From the IMG/VR virus record IMGVR_UViG_3300031951_000014: DNA of 64,000 bases; one strand, written 5' to 3'. Positions 30,385-40,000 of this stretch are shown in pieces. Each line of letters begins with the position of its first letter. Position 1 is the first letter of the stretch. The position numbers were made by a program, and so were the translations under genes. A model generated the notes under the pieces. The model worked only from the letters and a program-made list of their open reading frames with translations. It had not been told where the DNA came from and searched no databases. The DNA is from a virus.

Positions 30385-30621
30385 ATGGAGCAGATTACTG
30401 TTGCTCTCATTGGCGTTGTCGGTGCTATTCTTGTTACTCTTTTAGAAAAAAGTAGAAGAGAAAATAAAGAAGATCATGGTTATGTTAGAGATCATTTAAC
30501 TAGAATAGAATATAAAATTGATGATCACATCAATGATCATGCTGTAGCTTCTTTTGATTTTATTAAAAAGAAAACTAATACAAAGAAAAAGGAAATAGCA
30601 AATGGCAGCAAAAAAAGATAA
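30385..30621 (+). CDS. Small membrane protein, possible holin/spanin-type
   Basis: VALIGVVGAILVTLLEKSRR. Confidence 0.45.
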   Translation: MEQITVALIGVVGAILVTLLEKSRRENKEDHGYVRDHLTRIEYKIDDHINDHAVASFDFIKKKTNTKKKEIANGSKKR

Positions 30622-30811
30622 GAAATGGATTCAAAAAGCAATTAAAAGACCTGGGGCTTTTACTGCTAAGGCAAAAAAGGCTAACAAATCAGTAGCAGCA
30701 ATGGCTGCTGCAGTTACAAAGAATCCTAGCAAGTATAGTGCAACAACAGTCCGCCAAGCTAACCTTGCAAAAACGCTTAGAAAAATTAGCAAAAAGAGGA
30801 AGAGCAAATAA
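30602..30811 (+). CDS. Basic mini-protein
   Basis: KKWIQKAIKRPGAFTAKAKKANKSVAAMAAAVTKNPSKYSATTVRQANLAKTLRKISKKRK. Confidence 0.55.
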   Translation: MAAKKDKKWIQKAIKRPGAFTAKAKKANKSVAAMAAAVTKNPSKYSATTVRQANLAKTLRKISKKRKSK

Positions 30812-31032
30812 TGCATTGCAATAATCACGAACATCATAAGCCAAACGGCGAACCATGCCACGATAACCGTGAACACTGTTGTGAGTCACATCACCACAAC
30901 GGTCCAGAGGGCCCAAATCCACACGATGCCCACTACCATATAAACAAATATGCCGTTCGTGCTTGGTTGATGAATGCTTTGTATCTTGGTCTCCACGCTG
31001 TGGAAATTTACTTAATTATAAAGTTGGTTTAA
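30811..31032 (+). CDS. His/Cys-rich membrane protein
   Basis: MHCNNHEHHKPNGEPCHDNREHCCESHHHN... plus one TM segment. Confidence 0.55.
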   Translation: MHCNNHEHHKPNGEPCHDNREHCCESHHHNGPEGPNPHDAHYHINKYAVRAWLMNALYLGLHAVEIYLIIKLV

Positions 31033-31035
31033 TTA

Positions 31036-31214
31036 TGGCTAAAGTAAACAAACCCACAAAACCAGCTCTGTGGTCTTCGGCTAAGTCACAAGCTAAAGCA
31101 AAGTTTGATGTTTATCCATCCGCTTATGCAAATGCATGGGCTGCAAAAAAATATAAAGCTATGGGTGGAACTTGGAAAACAGTTTCCACAAAAAAAGCTA
31201 AAAGAAAAAAGTAA
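31036..31214 (+). CDS. Small basic protein
   Basis: MAKVNKPTKPALWSSAKSQAKAKFDVYPSAYANAWAAKKYKAMGGTWK, within ORF 30963..31214. Confidence 0.5.
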
Positions 31215-31223
31215 TAAAACTCT

Positions 31224-31508
31224 ATGCCTGGTCCAAAAGGTGTTGGCTTAACCAAGTGGTTTGATCAAAAGTGGGTCAACATTGGTGCGCCTAAAAAAAA
31301 GGGAAAATGGCAGCCGTGTGGAACATCTGGAGCAGGTGGTTCAGGATACGCTAAATGTGTGCCAGTTGCAAAAGCTAACTCAATGTCATCATCACAAAGA
31401 AAAAGCGCAGTGCAAAGAAAAAGAGCACAGGGTGCAGCAAAAAAGGGCGTAAAAGGACAAGCTCCAAAAAATATTTCTACCTTTAAAAAAGGATCAAAAA
31501 AGAAATAG
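31224..31508 (+). CDS. Small basic protein
   Basis: MPGPKGVGLTKWFDQKWVNIGAPKKKGKWQPCG. Confidence 0.5.
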   Translation: MPGPKGVGLTKWFDQKWVNIGAPKKKGKWQPCGTSGAGGSGYAKCVPVAKANSMSSSQRKSAVQRKRAQGAAKKGVKGQAPKNISTFKKGSKKK

Positions 31509-31523
31509 TGGTATACTTTTTAC

Positions 31524-32315
31524 ATGAGCGATTTTGGCACTTACTATACAAATACGTCATACCAAGATATCTGGGATAATCCTGATAGAGTTCGCCAACA
31601 TCTTCTAGAACACAAGGTTTTAGTTTTTAGAAATATAAAAACATCCTTAGAAGATCAAATTAAATTGATGGAACATTTATACCCATCAAGTAATCACTTG
31701 CGAATTCTTAAAGACGTAGACCATGCTCCGTTGTTTGATCTCTTTTCAAGAAACGCACAACCAATGCCAGGTGAAGGTGATCATTTTGCTAGATGGCATA
31801 CCGATGATAGTTGGCTACAAGAGCCAGTAGATATTGACTGTATCCATATGTATCATTTAGATGATGTCACTGGCGGTCAAACTAGATGGGTTGATTTAGA
31901 AAAAATTTACACATTGCTAGATGAAGAAACTCTTTCTTTTGTAAAAAGTGTAAAAGTTAAAAAACAATGGAACGCAGATGATATAAATGATCCTCTCTAC
32001 AGAGAAGAATCAGAAAACATTTACCACCCTGCGTTAAGAACTCATCCACAAACTGGTAAAACTTCTATTTTTTACCCTGGTCTCACTACTCTTGGAAAAG
32101 ACCAAGATAAATGGTCTAAGTATAACGAAGTTTTATTTAAACTATTTGAAGATCACAATAATATTTTTATGTTAGACTGGAAAAAGGACGATTTGGTTAT
32201 ATGGGATAACCGTTGTACAGCCCACTGTTTGATGGGCGGTTTTAGTTTGGGTAGCAGAATTTTTAATAAAATAGAGATCGGAAAATCAAAACCATTTTAC
32301 AATGAAGTGATGTGA
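31524..32315 (+). CDS. TauD/TfdA-family 2-oxoglutarate dioxygenase
   Basis: HFARWHTDDSW...GGQTRWVDLEKIY...DDLVIWDNRCTAHCLMGG. Confidence 0.85.
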   Translation: MSDFGTYYTNTSYQDIWDNPDRVRQHLLEHKVLVFRNIKTSLEDQIKLMEHLYPSSNHLRILKDVDHAPLFDLFSRNAQPMPGEGDHFARWHTDDSWLQEPVDIDCIHMYHLDDVTGGQTRWVDLEKIYTLLDEETLSFVKSVKVKKQWNADDINDPLYREESENIYHPALRTHPQTGKTSIFYPGLTTLGKDQDKWSKYNEVLFKLFEDHNNIFMLDWKKDDLVIWDNRCTAHCLMGGFSLGSRIFNKIEIGKSKPFYNEVM

Positions 32316-32327
32316 TATAATTATCTA

Positions 32328-32537
32328 ATGCAAACGGGTGGTCCATTTGATGGCTTTATGCCAATGATTACTGATGTAGTTATATCAGGAAAAACCGCAT
32401 CAATTACTTCCGATGGTCAACTTGTTGATGTATATTGTTTGACGATAAAAACTCTTGAAAAAGAATATGTTTTCAGTGTGCTTCCAAACGATTTACAAAA
32501 ACTTCACTTCCTGATTCTTAAGGTTTTAATGTCATGA
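32328..32537 (+). CDS. Hypothetical protein
   Basis: ORF. Confidence 0.4.
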   Translation: MQTGGPFDGFMPMITDVVISGKTASITSDGQLVDVYCLTIKTLEKEYVFSVLPNDLQKLHFLILKVLMS

Positions 32538-33325
32538 GTTCGGTCTATATTAGAAAGAATATTTTTTTAGGAGATGTTCCACCAACTCCATCTAGTCCAA
32601 ATGATCCATCTGCTTATCTACCACATATAGCGGAGCTTTTGGTTGAGCATGGACAAGACTATGGAACTCCTGTTGGTTATATCCAAGAACAAAATGGATC
32701 TTTAATACAAAATATTCTTCCTGTTTATAAAACAGAACTTGAGCAAATATCCACTTCATCCAAAGTAACACTTGGCCTTCATACGGAAACAGCTTTCCAT
32801 CCTTATAAGCCTGACTATATACTTCTTTTATGCTTAAGGGGTGACCCAAATGCAGCCACAACCTACGCAAAAATTGATGATATCCTAACGCACATCCCGC
32901 AAAAATATATAGATGTACTAAAACAAAATTGGTTTGTAACTGGAGTTGACATTAGTTTTAGAACTAATGGCGAAGAAGATATTGAAATACCTGTTTCAAT
33001 TATTAAGGAAGACGAAATAGATGGTTTATCTTTTATATATGACGAAACTGTCATAAGACCCACAAATGAAGATGCGGCTGAAGCTTTATCTTTTTTGAGA
33101 AAAGCAATTTCTTTTGCAACAAAAGAAGTAATTTTAAAAACTGGAGATCTTTTACTAATCAATAATCATAAGGCTGTTCATGGTAGAAAACCATTTAAGG
33201 CAAGATATGATGGAACAGATAGGTGGCTGCAAAGATTACTAGTGCGTAAAACTTTGCCACCAAAAGATTTTTTGATGTATAATAATATTATTAATGTAGA
33301 ACTAAAAGATATGGTTAACCAATGA
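32534..33325 (+). CDS. TauD/clavaminate-synthase-like 2OG oxygenase
   Basis: LGLHTETAFHPYKPDYILLLCLRGD...GDLLLINNHKAVHGRKPF. Confidence 0.82.
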   Translation: MSSVYIRKNIFLGDVPPTPSSPNDPSAYLPHIAELLVEHGQDYGTPVGYIQEQNGSLIQNILPVYKTELEQISTSSKVTLGLHTETAFHPYKPDYILLLCLRGDPNAATTYAKIDDILTHIPQKYIDVLKQNWFVTGVDISFRTNGEEDIEIPVSIIKEDEIDGLSFIYDETVIRPTNEDAAEALSFLRKAISFATKEVILKTGDLLLINNHKAVHGRKPFKARYDGTDRWLQRLLVRKTLPPKDFLMYNNIINVELKDMVNQ

Positions 33326-34044
33326 ACCCAAAAGTTTCTGTTATTCTAACAAGTTATAATAAGCCTGCCTTTTTAGAAAAGGCAATTAAATCTGTTTTAT
33401 CTCAAACATATGATAATTATGAATTAATTATTGCAGATGACAACTCAGATAATGTTAAAGTATTTGAAGTTATTGCGAAGTATCAGGACATTAAAAATGT
33501 AAAGTTTTTTAATTCTTTTGTTAAAGATGAAGACCGCTTAAAGACAGCGCGCTATGCTACACAAATAAACAAGGCCGTTAAAGAATACTCAGGTGGTAAG
33601 TATATTTGCTACTTAGCTGATGACGACTACTACTACCCCGAGATGCTGGAAAAGCTTGTAGAAACGGCTGAAAAATACTCCTACGATGTTTGTTTTTGTG
33701 CGCAACACATCAGAGATATTGATGGAAATATAGATGGTGGAGGTGCACCTGGTGTGGGTGTTCGTTTTTTTGGTACCCCTCTTGTTAGAGGAGCGGATAA
33801 GCTTGATCACAATCAAGTTATGACTACAAGAAAGTCTTTCGATGTAGTTGGTGGTTGGGATGATAGTCCTTGGTGGTGGAGTGGAGCAGACGCAGGTTTT
33901 TTTGATAGACTTGAAAAAAATGGATTCATATTTTATCCAATTAATTATGTACAGCCTCTTCAAGCTAAAGTCTATAGAGAAAAATCTGTTCAATGGAATA
34001 TGGCCAATAATTTAAATCCAGACGGAGGAACAAAATTAATATGA
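33322..34044 (+). CDS. Family 2 glycosyltransferase
   Basis: VSVILTSYNKPAFLEKAIKSVLSQTYDNYELIIADDNSDD...YLADDDYYYP. Confidence 0.85.
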   Translation: MNPKVSVILTSYNKPAFLEKAIKSVLSQTYDNYELIIADDNSDNVKVFEVIAKYQDIKNVKFFNSFVKDEDRLKTARYATQINKAVKEYSGGKYICYLADDDYYYPEMLEKLVETAEKYSYDVCFCAQHIRDIDGNIDGGGAPGVGVRFFGTPLVRGADKLDHNQVMTTRKSFDVVGGWDDSPWWWSGADAGFFDRLEKNGFIFYPINYVQPLQAKVYREKSVQWNMANNLNPDGGTKLI

Positions 34045-34928
34045 CAATTAACCTATGGGCCATAGCTATGGCTAAAGATGAGGGTGACATTATTGAGCAC
34101 ACTATGTGCCATTTGGCAGCAAATGGAATTGATGGTTTAATTGTCGCAAATAATTTATCTAAAGATAATACCTTAGATAAAATGGAAGCCGCCAAAGAAA
34201 AAATAAATAAAGCTTATCCAAATATAGAAGTAATTCTTTTAGAAGACAATGTATTGGCATATACTCAGTCTCAGAAGATGACTACGCTAGGAGAAATGGC
34301 TAGAAAAAATGGGGCGCAATGGATTATCCCATTTGATATAGATGAGATTTGGTATTCCCCAAATAGTTCTTTAAAGCAAGCTTTTATAGATCTTGACAAT
34401 CAAAATTATGATGTGTATAGAACTCTATATACAAACCATTCTATAACAGAATTTGATCCCATTGGTGAATCCCCATTCCATTCCATGGTTTGGAAATGGA
34501 ACCTACCGACTAATCATAAAAGTGCGTTTAGATTTAGACCATCAGATAGATTTGTTTCGATTTCTAATGGGAACCATTTAGTTAATTACAACGGTGCTGG
34601 TTTCAATGCTGGTGCTAAAGTTGCTATAGATGATTATGGTGATGACAAAATTGTCTTTGGTCCACAGACTGTCCAAATTAGACACTTTCAATGGAGATCA
34701 CTTGATCATTTCATGAGAAAAATATTAAACGCTTATGAATCGTGCAGAGCTTTAGGTCCAGGTGCTGACTTATACAATGGGGCAGCTTGGGCAGAGCACT
34801 TTAAAATTTATGAAGCTTATGGAACTAAAGGATTGGAAGATTATTTCCATAAAAATATATTAGTCACTGGCAATACTGGATCATTAATAAATGATCCAGC
34901 TCCTTTAGTGGGGTTACCCCATGCATAG
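34041..34928 (+). CDS. Glycosyltransferase family 92/GT2-like
   Basis: AMAKDEGDIIEHTMCHLAANGIDGLIVANNLSKDNT...WIIPFDIDEIWY. Confidence 0.75.
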   Translation: MTINLWAIAMAKDEGDIIEHTMCHLAANGIDGLIVANNLSKDNTLDKMEAAKEKINKAYPNIEVILLEDNVLAYTQSQKMTTLGEMARKNGAQWIIPFDIDEIWYSPNSSLKQAFIDLDNQNYDVYRTLYTNHSITEFDPIGESPFHSMVWKWNLPTNHKSAFRFRPSDRFVSISNGNHLVNYNGAGFNAGAKVAIDDYGDDKIVFGPQTVQIRHFQWRSLDHFMRKILNAYESCRALGPGADLYNGAAWAEHFKIYEAYGTKGLEDYFHKNILVTGNTGSLINDPAPLVGLPHA

Positions 34929-35577
34929 AGTTTCTTTAGTTGTAATAACAGATGGTAGACAAGATTGTATTCAGAGAACTATTGACCAGTTTGATTCAAC
35001 TGTATCATATCCTTTTGTTGAAAGAATTATAATAAATGATTCAGGAGATATAAGGTATCATAACTTTTTAGTAAGCCGTTTTCCAAAATTTAAAGTTGTT
35101 TCCCATGAACAAAGAAGAGGATTAGCTGGAGCTGTCCAATCTGCGTGGGATTCAGTTTCTCAAGAAACTCAATACATTTTCCATTTAGAGGATGATTTTT
35201 TATTTAACACATCAATCAATATTGATCACATGATAAATATTCTTTTAGAAAATACTTATTTGGTACAAATGGCTATGGTTAGAGCACCGGTAAATCCACC
35301 AGAAGAACAGGTTGGAGGATTTGTTTTTCAACATCTTGAGGATTACCACCAAAAAAATGGTTGGTTTGAACATGGTCGTTTATTTACACTAAACCCATGC
35401 ATTTACCCTATGTCAACAGTAAAAATTGGTTGGCCAGATCATGGCGGAGAGTCTGAATTTACTTCAAAGGTTCATTCTCTAAATAAAGAATACAGATTTG
35501 GTTTTTACGGCGACATATATGATAAGCCAATAGTTACACACATTGGTGGAAGAAGAAGTGAAGACTGGTTTTTGTAA
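34921..35577 (+). CDS. Glycosyltransferase-like protein
   Basis: SLVVITDGRQDCIQRTIDQF...IINDSGDIRY...HLEDDFLF. Confidence 0.7.
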   Translation: MHRVSLVVITDGRQDCIQRTIDQFDSTVSYPFVERIIINDSGDIRYHNFLVSRFPKFKVVSHEQRRGLAGAVQSAWDSVSQETQYIFHLEDDFLFNTSINIDHMINILLENTYLVQMAMVRAPVNPPEEQVGGFVFQHLEDYHQKNGWFEHGRLFTLNPCIYPMSTVKIGWPDHGGESEFTSKVHSLNKEYRFGFYGDIYDKPIVTHIGGRRSEDWFL

Positions 35578-36287
35578 TGACTAATAATTTATTGGTAAGT
35601 AAAAATAACGTATCATTTACTGTAGAAGACAGTAAAGAGCTACATCAAGATATAGGTTATAATTTTTGGTCAGAAAAGTATTCTTCCTGGGAACCGGGCA
35701 CCTTCAATTTTTTAGATAGATTTTTATCAAAAGATAAAGATTATTTAGATATAGGATCTTGGATCGGACCAACTGCAATATATGGTTCTTTCTTTTCAAG
35801 AAATGTAGTAGCCGTTGAGCCAGATCCAATTGCGCATAAGATACTGCAGAAAAATATATCTTTAAATTCCATTAAAAATATTAACGTAATACACAAAGCT
35901 GCTTCAGGAGTTAAGGAAGTTTATTTACAGTCAAATAACTTTTTAGGCGATTCAATGACAAGAGTTTCTGAAAAAAATACGACTGGGATTAGTGCAGAAA
36001 CAATTGGATTAGATGCCCTTTTATCAATGGGAGATTTTTCTCTGATAAAAATAGATATAGAAGGACACGAATTTAGTTTAATTAATCATTACGCAGAAAT
36101 TTTACAAGACTATAAAATCCCACTTTTATTATCTCTACATGGTCCGTTTTTTACAAACGGGGATGCACTAACTAGCCAACTAGTAAAAGATCTAGATAAA
36201 GTTAATAATATTTTAACTGAAAACGGTGAGCAGATTTCTAACAAAGACATCACCAGCAACTTTGGATCATACCTTTTTACTTGGTAG
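35577..36287 (+). CDS. FkbM-family methyltransferase
   Basis: YLDIGSWIGPTAIYGSFFSRNVVAVEPDPIA...GLDALLSMGDFSLIKIDIEGHEFSLI. Confidence 0.8.
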   Translation: MTNNLLVSKNNVSFTVEDSKELHQDIGYNFWSEKYSSWEPGTFNFLDRFLSKDKDYLDIGSWIGPTAIYGSFFSRNVVAVEPDPIAHKILQKNISLNSIKNINVIHKAASGVKEVYLQSNNFLGDSMTRVSEKNTTGISAETIGLDALLSMGDFSLIKIDIEGHEFSLINHYAEILQDYKIPLLLSLHGPFFTNGDALTSQLVKDLDKVNNILTENGEQISNKDITSNFGSYLFTW

Positions 36288-36292
36288 CCTTT

Positions 36293-36929
36293 ATGGACTT
36301 AGTTGTAATTCGGAGCTGGTGGTCATTCTAAGGATCTAGAGTATTTATGCTCATCCGATAAGTATCAGGCCTGGAATATAATAGGTTATCTAGATGATAA
36401 TTCTTCTGTTGAAAACTCTTCTTTACTCGGCAGTGTATCTCTTATTAATTCTTTGTTGGATAAATATCCTAATTTGAAATATACTATTGCAATTAATTCA
36501 TCAAAGATAAGAAAAGAAATAGAATCAAAAATTAATAGAATCAACCAAGCAGCGAATCTTATACATGAAACAGCCTTAATAGGAACTTACTGCAGTTACG
36601 GGAATGGCTTAACTATGGGCCCTTACTCAGTTTTAACCACACGAGTACATTTAGGCAAGCATGTACACATCAACACCGCTGCATCAATAAACCAATCTAG
36701 TTCAATAGGAGATTTCTGTACTGTTAGTCCTGGGGCCAGAATTTGTGGAGATGTGAATGTTGGTGAAGCTACATCAATAGGTGCAGGAAGTGTTATTATC
36801 AACTTCAAAAATGTAGGAAGCAACTGTACACTTGGAGCAGGCACTGTTGTTATAGAGCATATAAGCGATGGTGCTACAGTCGTTGGTGTTCCAGGAAGAG
36901 AAATAAAAAAATTTGGAGAATACATTTAG
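36293..36929 (+). CDS. NeuD/PglD-like sugar O-acyltransferase, ~211 aa, expressed by +1 frameshift at CGG 36311-36313
   Basis: 0-frame reads MDLVVIRSWWSF*; +1 gives MDLVVIGAGGHSKDLEYLCSSDKYQAWNIIGYLDDNSSVENSSLLGSVSLINSLLDKYPNLKY then the left-handed beta-helix hexapeptides of ORF 36453..36929. Confidence 0.93.
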
Positions 36930-36980
36930 TTCTGGTATACTTTGTCTACGGAAACCGACGCTCTGTAGCGTAAAAAAAAA

Positions 36981-37020
36981 ATCCCCAACTTATTTAGAGT
37001 TGGGGATTTTTTTTATTTCA
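36981..37020 (+). terminator. Rho-independent terminator aaaaatccccaac-ttatttaga-gttggggattttttttt
   Basis: 8-bp GC-rich stem flanked by A/T tracts; intergenic. Confidence 0.85.
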
Positions 37021-37060
37021 GTTGTTACTATTAGGTGTGTCTAACTGAAGGGGATGTCGG

Positions 37061-40000
37061 TTGAATATACTTAATAGATTACGCTACGCTTTTACGCGTA
37101 AGGCAGCATGGATTTTTGTTCCTCTATTTTTAATAGGATCTTTTGTTCCGCCGTCTGGTCCTGCTCAAGCCACATTTTCTACAAATACGAAGATTTCTGG
37201 GGACCAGGCATTCCTGCAGGGCGAGTTTGCTGAAGTTGGTGTGCGAGCAAACGGAGCTTTTGGCTCTACGAGTGTTCCCTCTGGATTCAACCAGAACCCA
37301 TCAAACTGTCTTGGCTTTCGCGTTGACAGAGAAATGGACGGCTGGGGCGTCACTACAGATGACGGAGACTTCTTCTGCCCTGGCTCACCGTTTGAAGGCT
37401 GGCAAATGAAGGTTGCTGGGAGCGTAGGCAAAAATGACAATGGCCAAACAGGTATCGCAGGTGCAGTTTCAGACATCCAAAACTCTGGCTCCTCTCAGTG
37501 TGTATCTTGGAGCAGCGCAAGTCCCTATAACGGCGTAAGCGTTTCCCAAAGGTATTGTGTGCCAACAGCAGGGCAAGCACTCCATACCGACGTTACTCTC
37601 ACCAACACAACTAGCTCTGCGATTAGCGATGTTTTCTTTGGTCGTGGATTTGACCCAGACAATGCAACTGGTTCTGGCTCAATGACATGTGCAGGTAGTA
37701 CTGGTAATACAACAACTTTTCAATCATGCAATGCCGTAACTGGTCAAGGAGCAGAAGCGCAAGCAACAGCAAGATGGGGTAACGGTGCATTCATCGCTCT
37801 ACAATCATTTGATGCTCGTGCTCGTGTAGCCAGACAAACTGGTGGATTCTCTTCTCCAGACCCTGCAGACATTTGGAATGCTGGAAACACTCTTGCAACA
37901 AGCGGAGCGTACCTTGGCAATATTGGAGAAATATACGCCGACGCTGGAATCTACGTAGCACTAAATGTTCCAACACTTGGTGCTGGTGCATCAACTTCTT
38001 TTCGTATTAGCTATGTGCTTTCAGCTGATGGAAATAACGCTCCAGTTCTAGGCGCACCAGTAGTAAGCGGCATTGGACAGACCTCTGCAACCGTTGCATC
38101 AACAGTGAACCCCAAGGGGTTCTCGACTACAGCAGAACTTGTTTACTCAACTGACTCAAGCTTTACTACTTCTAGTTCAGTATCAATGGGAACTTTCACG
38201 GGCTCCGATGAATTAGCAGCCAGTGCAGAAATTACTGGTCTTGATCCAAGCCAAACCTACTACGCAAAGATTGTTGCAACTAACGAAACTGGAACAACAG
38301 AGTCTGCTGTATTTGACTTTGACACACTTGCTGCTACTGCACCAATAGTTTCATCAGAGGAACCAACAGTAACTGTTGATGACGGCCCTGTAACACTTTC
38401 TGGAACGTTAAACCCTAATGGATTTAGTTCAACAGCAGTATTCCAGTACAGCACTACGGCTGACTTCTCTGGAACTGTCGTTGACATTCCGGTATCTGGA
38501 ACATTTACTGGAACTTCGCTTTCAACTGTATCGACTGTTGTTTCTGGCTTGACTGGCTCAACCACTTATTACTTCAGGCTAAAAGTAACCAATGCTTCAG
38601 GTTCGGCGTATGGTTCAACTCTTTCGTTTGTCCCTAATGACATCCCTGCACCAACATCCCTAGTGGTAACAAGCCTTGAAGATACGACCGCAAACGGGAC
38701 TCTTCGTTGGGCAATAACTCAAGCAAACGCTACTGCTGGCGGTATATACGACTCAATCACATTTAGCGTTGATGGAACGATAACTCTGGCTAGCGCACTG
38801 CCACAGATAACTCAAAATGTGACAATTACTGGTAACGGAAGAACGCAAACCATAATTGATGGAAATAACCTGTACCGAATATTTAACGTTCCATCTGGCA
38901 AGAGCCTTACGGTCTCTGACATGACCCTTAAACAAGGGCAAAATGTTTACGGTGGTCTTATTTACAACTCCCAAGGAACGGTTGTTGCAACAAACATTAG
39001 ATTCACAGCAATGACTGGTGGTAGTGCTGTTTGGAATAATGCTGCTGGATCAACAGCAACATATACCAACTGTACATTTGACTACCTAAGTATTGGTATT
39101 GGTGGAGACCACGGCTCAACCCCACAACTTCCTGCTGGAGTTACAACATGGGCAGACCAAACGGATTCTGCTTTCCAAAACAAAACATATGTAAATAATT
39201 GCGTATTTAGCAATAACGGTTCTGGTATCAATACCCAGCGCTTTACAAAAGTGCAGAACTCAACATTTACAAATAACTCTTATGCAGTAAACATCCAAGG
39301 ACTAAATCGTGGGCAGGTTCTAAATTCCACATTTACAAACAATGGAATTGGTGTTTATCACAACGGCTGGATTCCACCGACTTTCAACATGGGAACCGAC
39401 AACCGTCTCATTAGTGGCAATACATTCACAACAAATGCAATCGCTATTTATCTTGACGACACATACAATAATGGTCAAAAGAACCAAAGTTGGTCAACAG
39501 TAACCGGCAACTCCTGGGATGCTTCAGGTGTTTGGATTCGTCACTATCAATGGAATGGAACGACCCAGGTTGAGGGAACTGCTCGCCCATACACAACTGG
39601 AACAGTGTTTACACAAAGTTCTAATACATTTCCAGACACAATTGGTGCCCCATCAAACCTAACAGTAACTGATACCGGCTCTGAAATCCTACTTGACTGG
39701 GATGCGCCAACTACTGGTGGATATCTACCTGAAAGATATGCCATCAGTTTAAATACGGCAGGACAGAGCGGTTGGGGTGTTGCAACTGGGAATGTCGGTG
39801 ATACAAATGCTTTAAATACAAACTACACAATTGGCTATTCACTGCTCGAAAGTTTGATGCCAAGCGGAACTACTTGGCTTTTTCATATTCGCTCTGACAA
39901 CGACACATTCGGTAAGTATTCAGCTAATTCAAACACTGTGTCAATCCAGGTTGGTGTTTCTTCAAGCACTACGACTACTAGCAGTTCAGTGCCAACTAGC

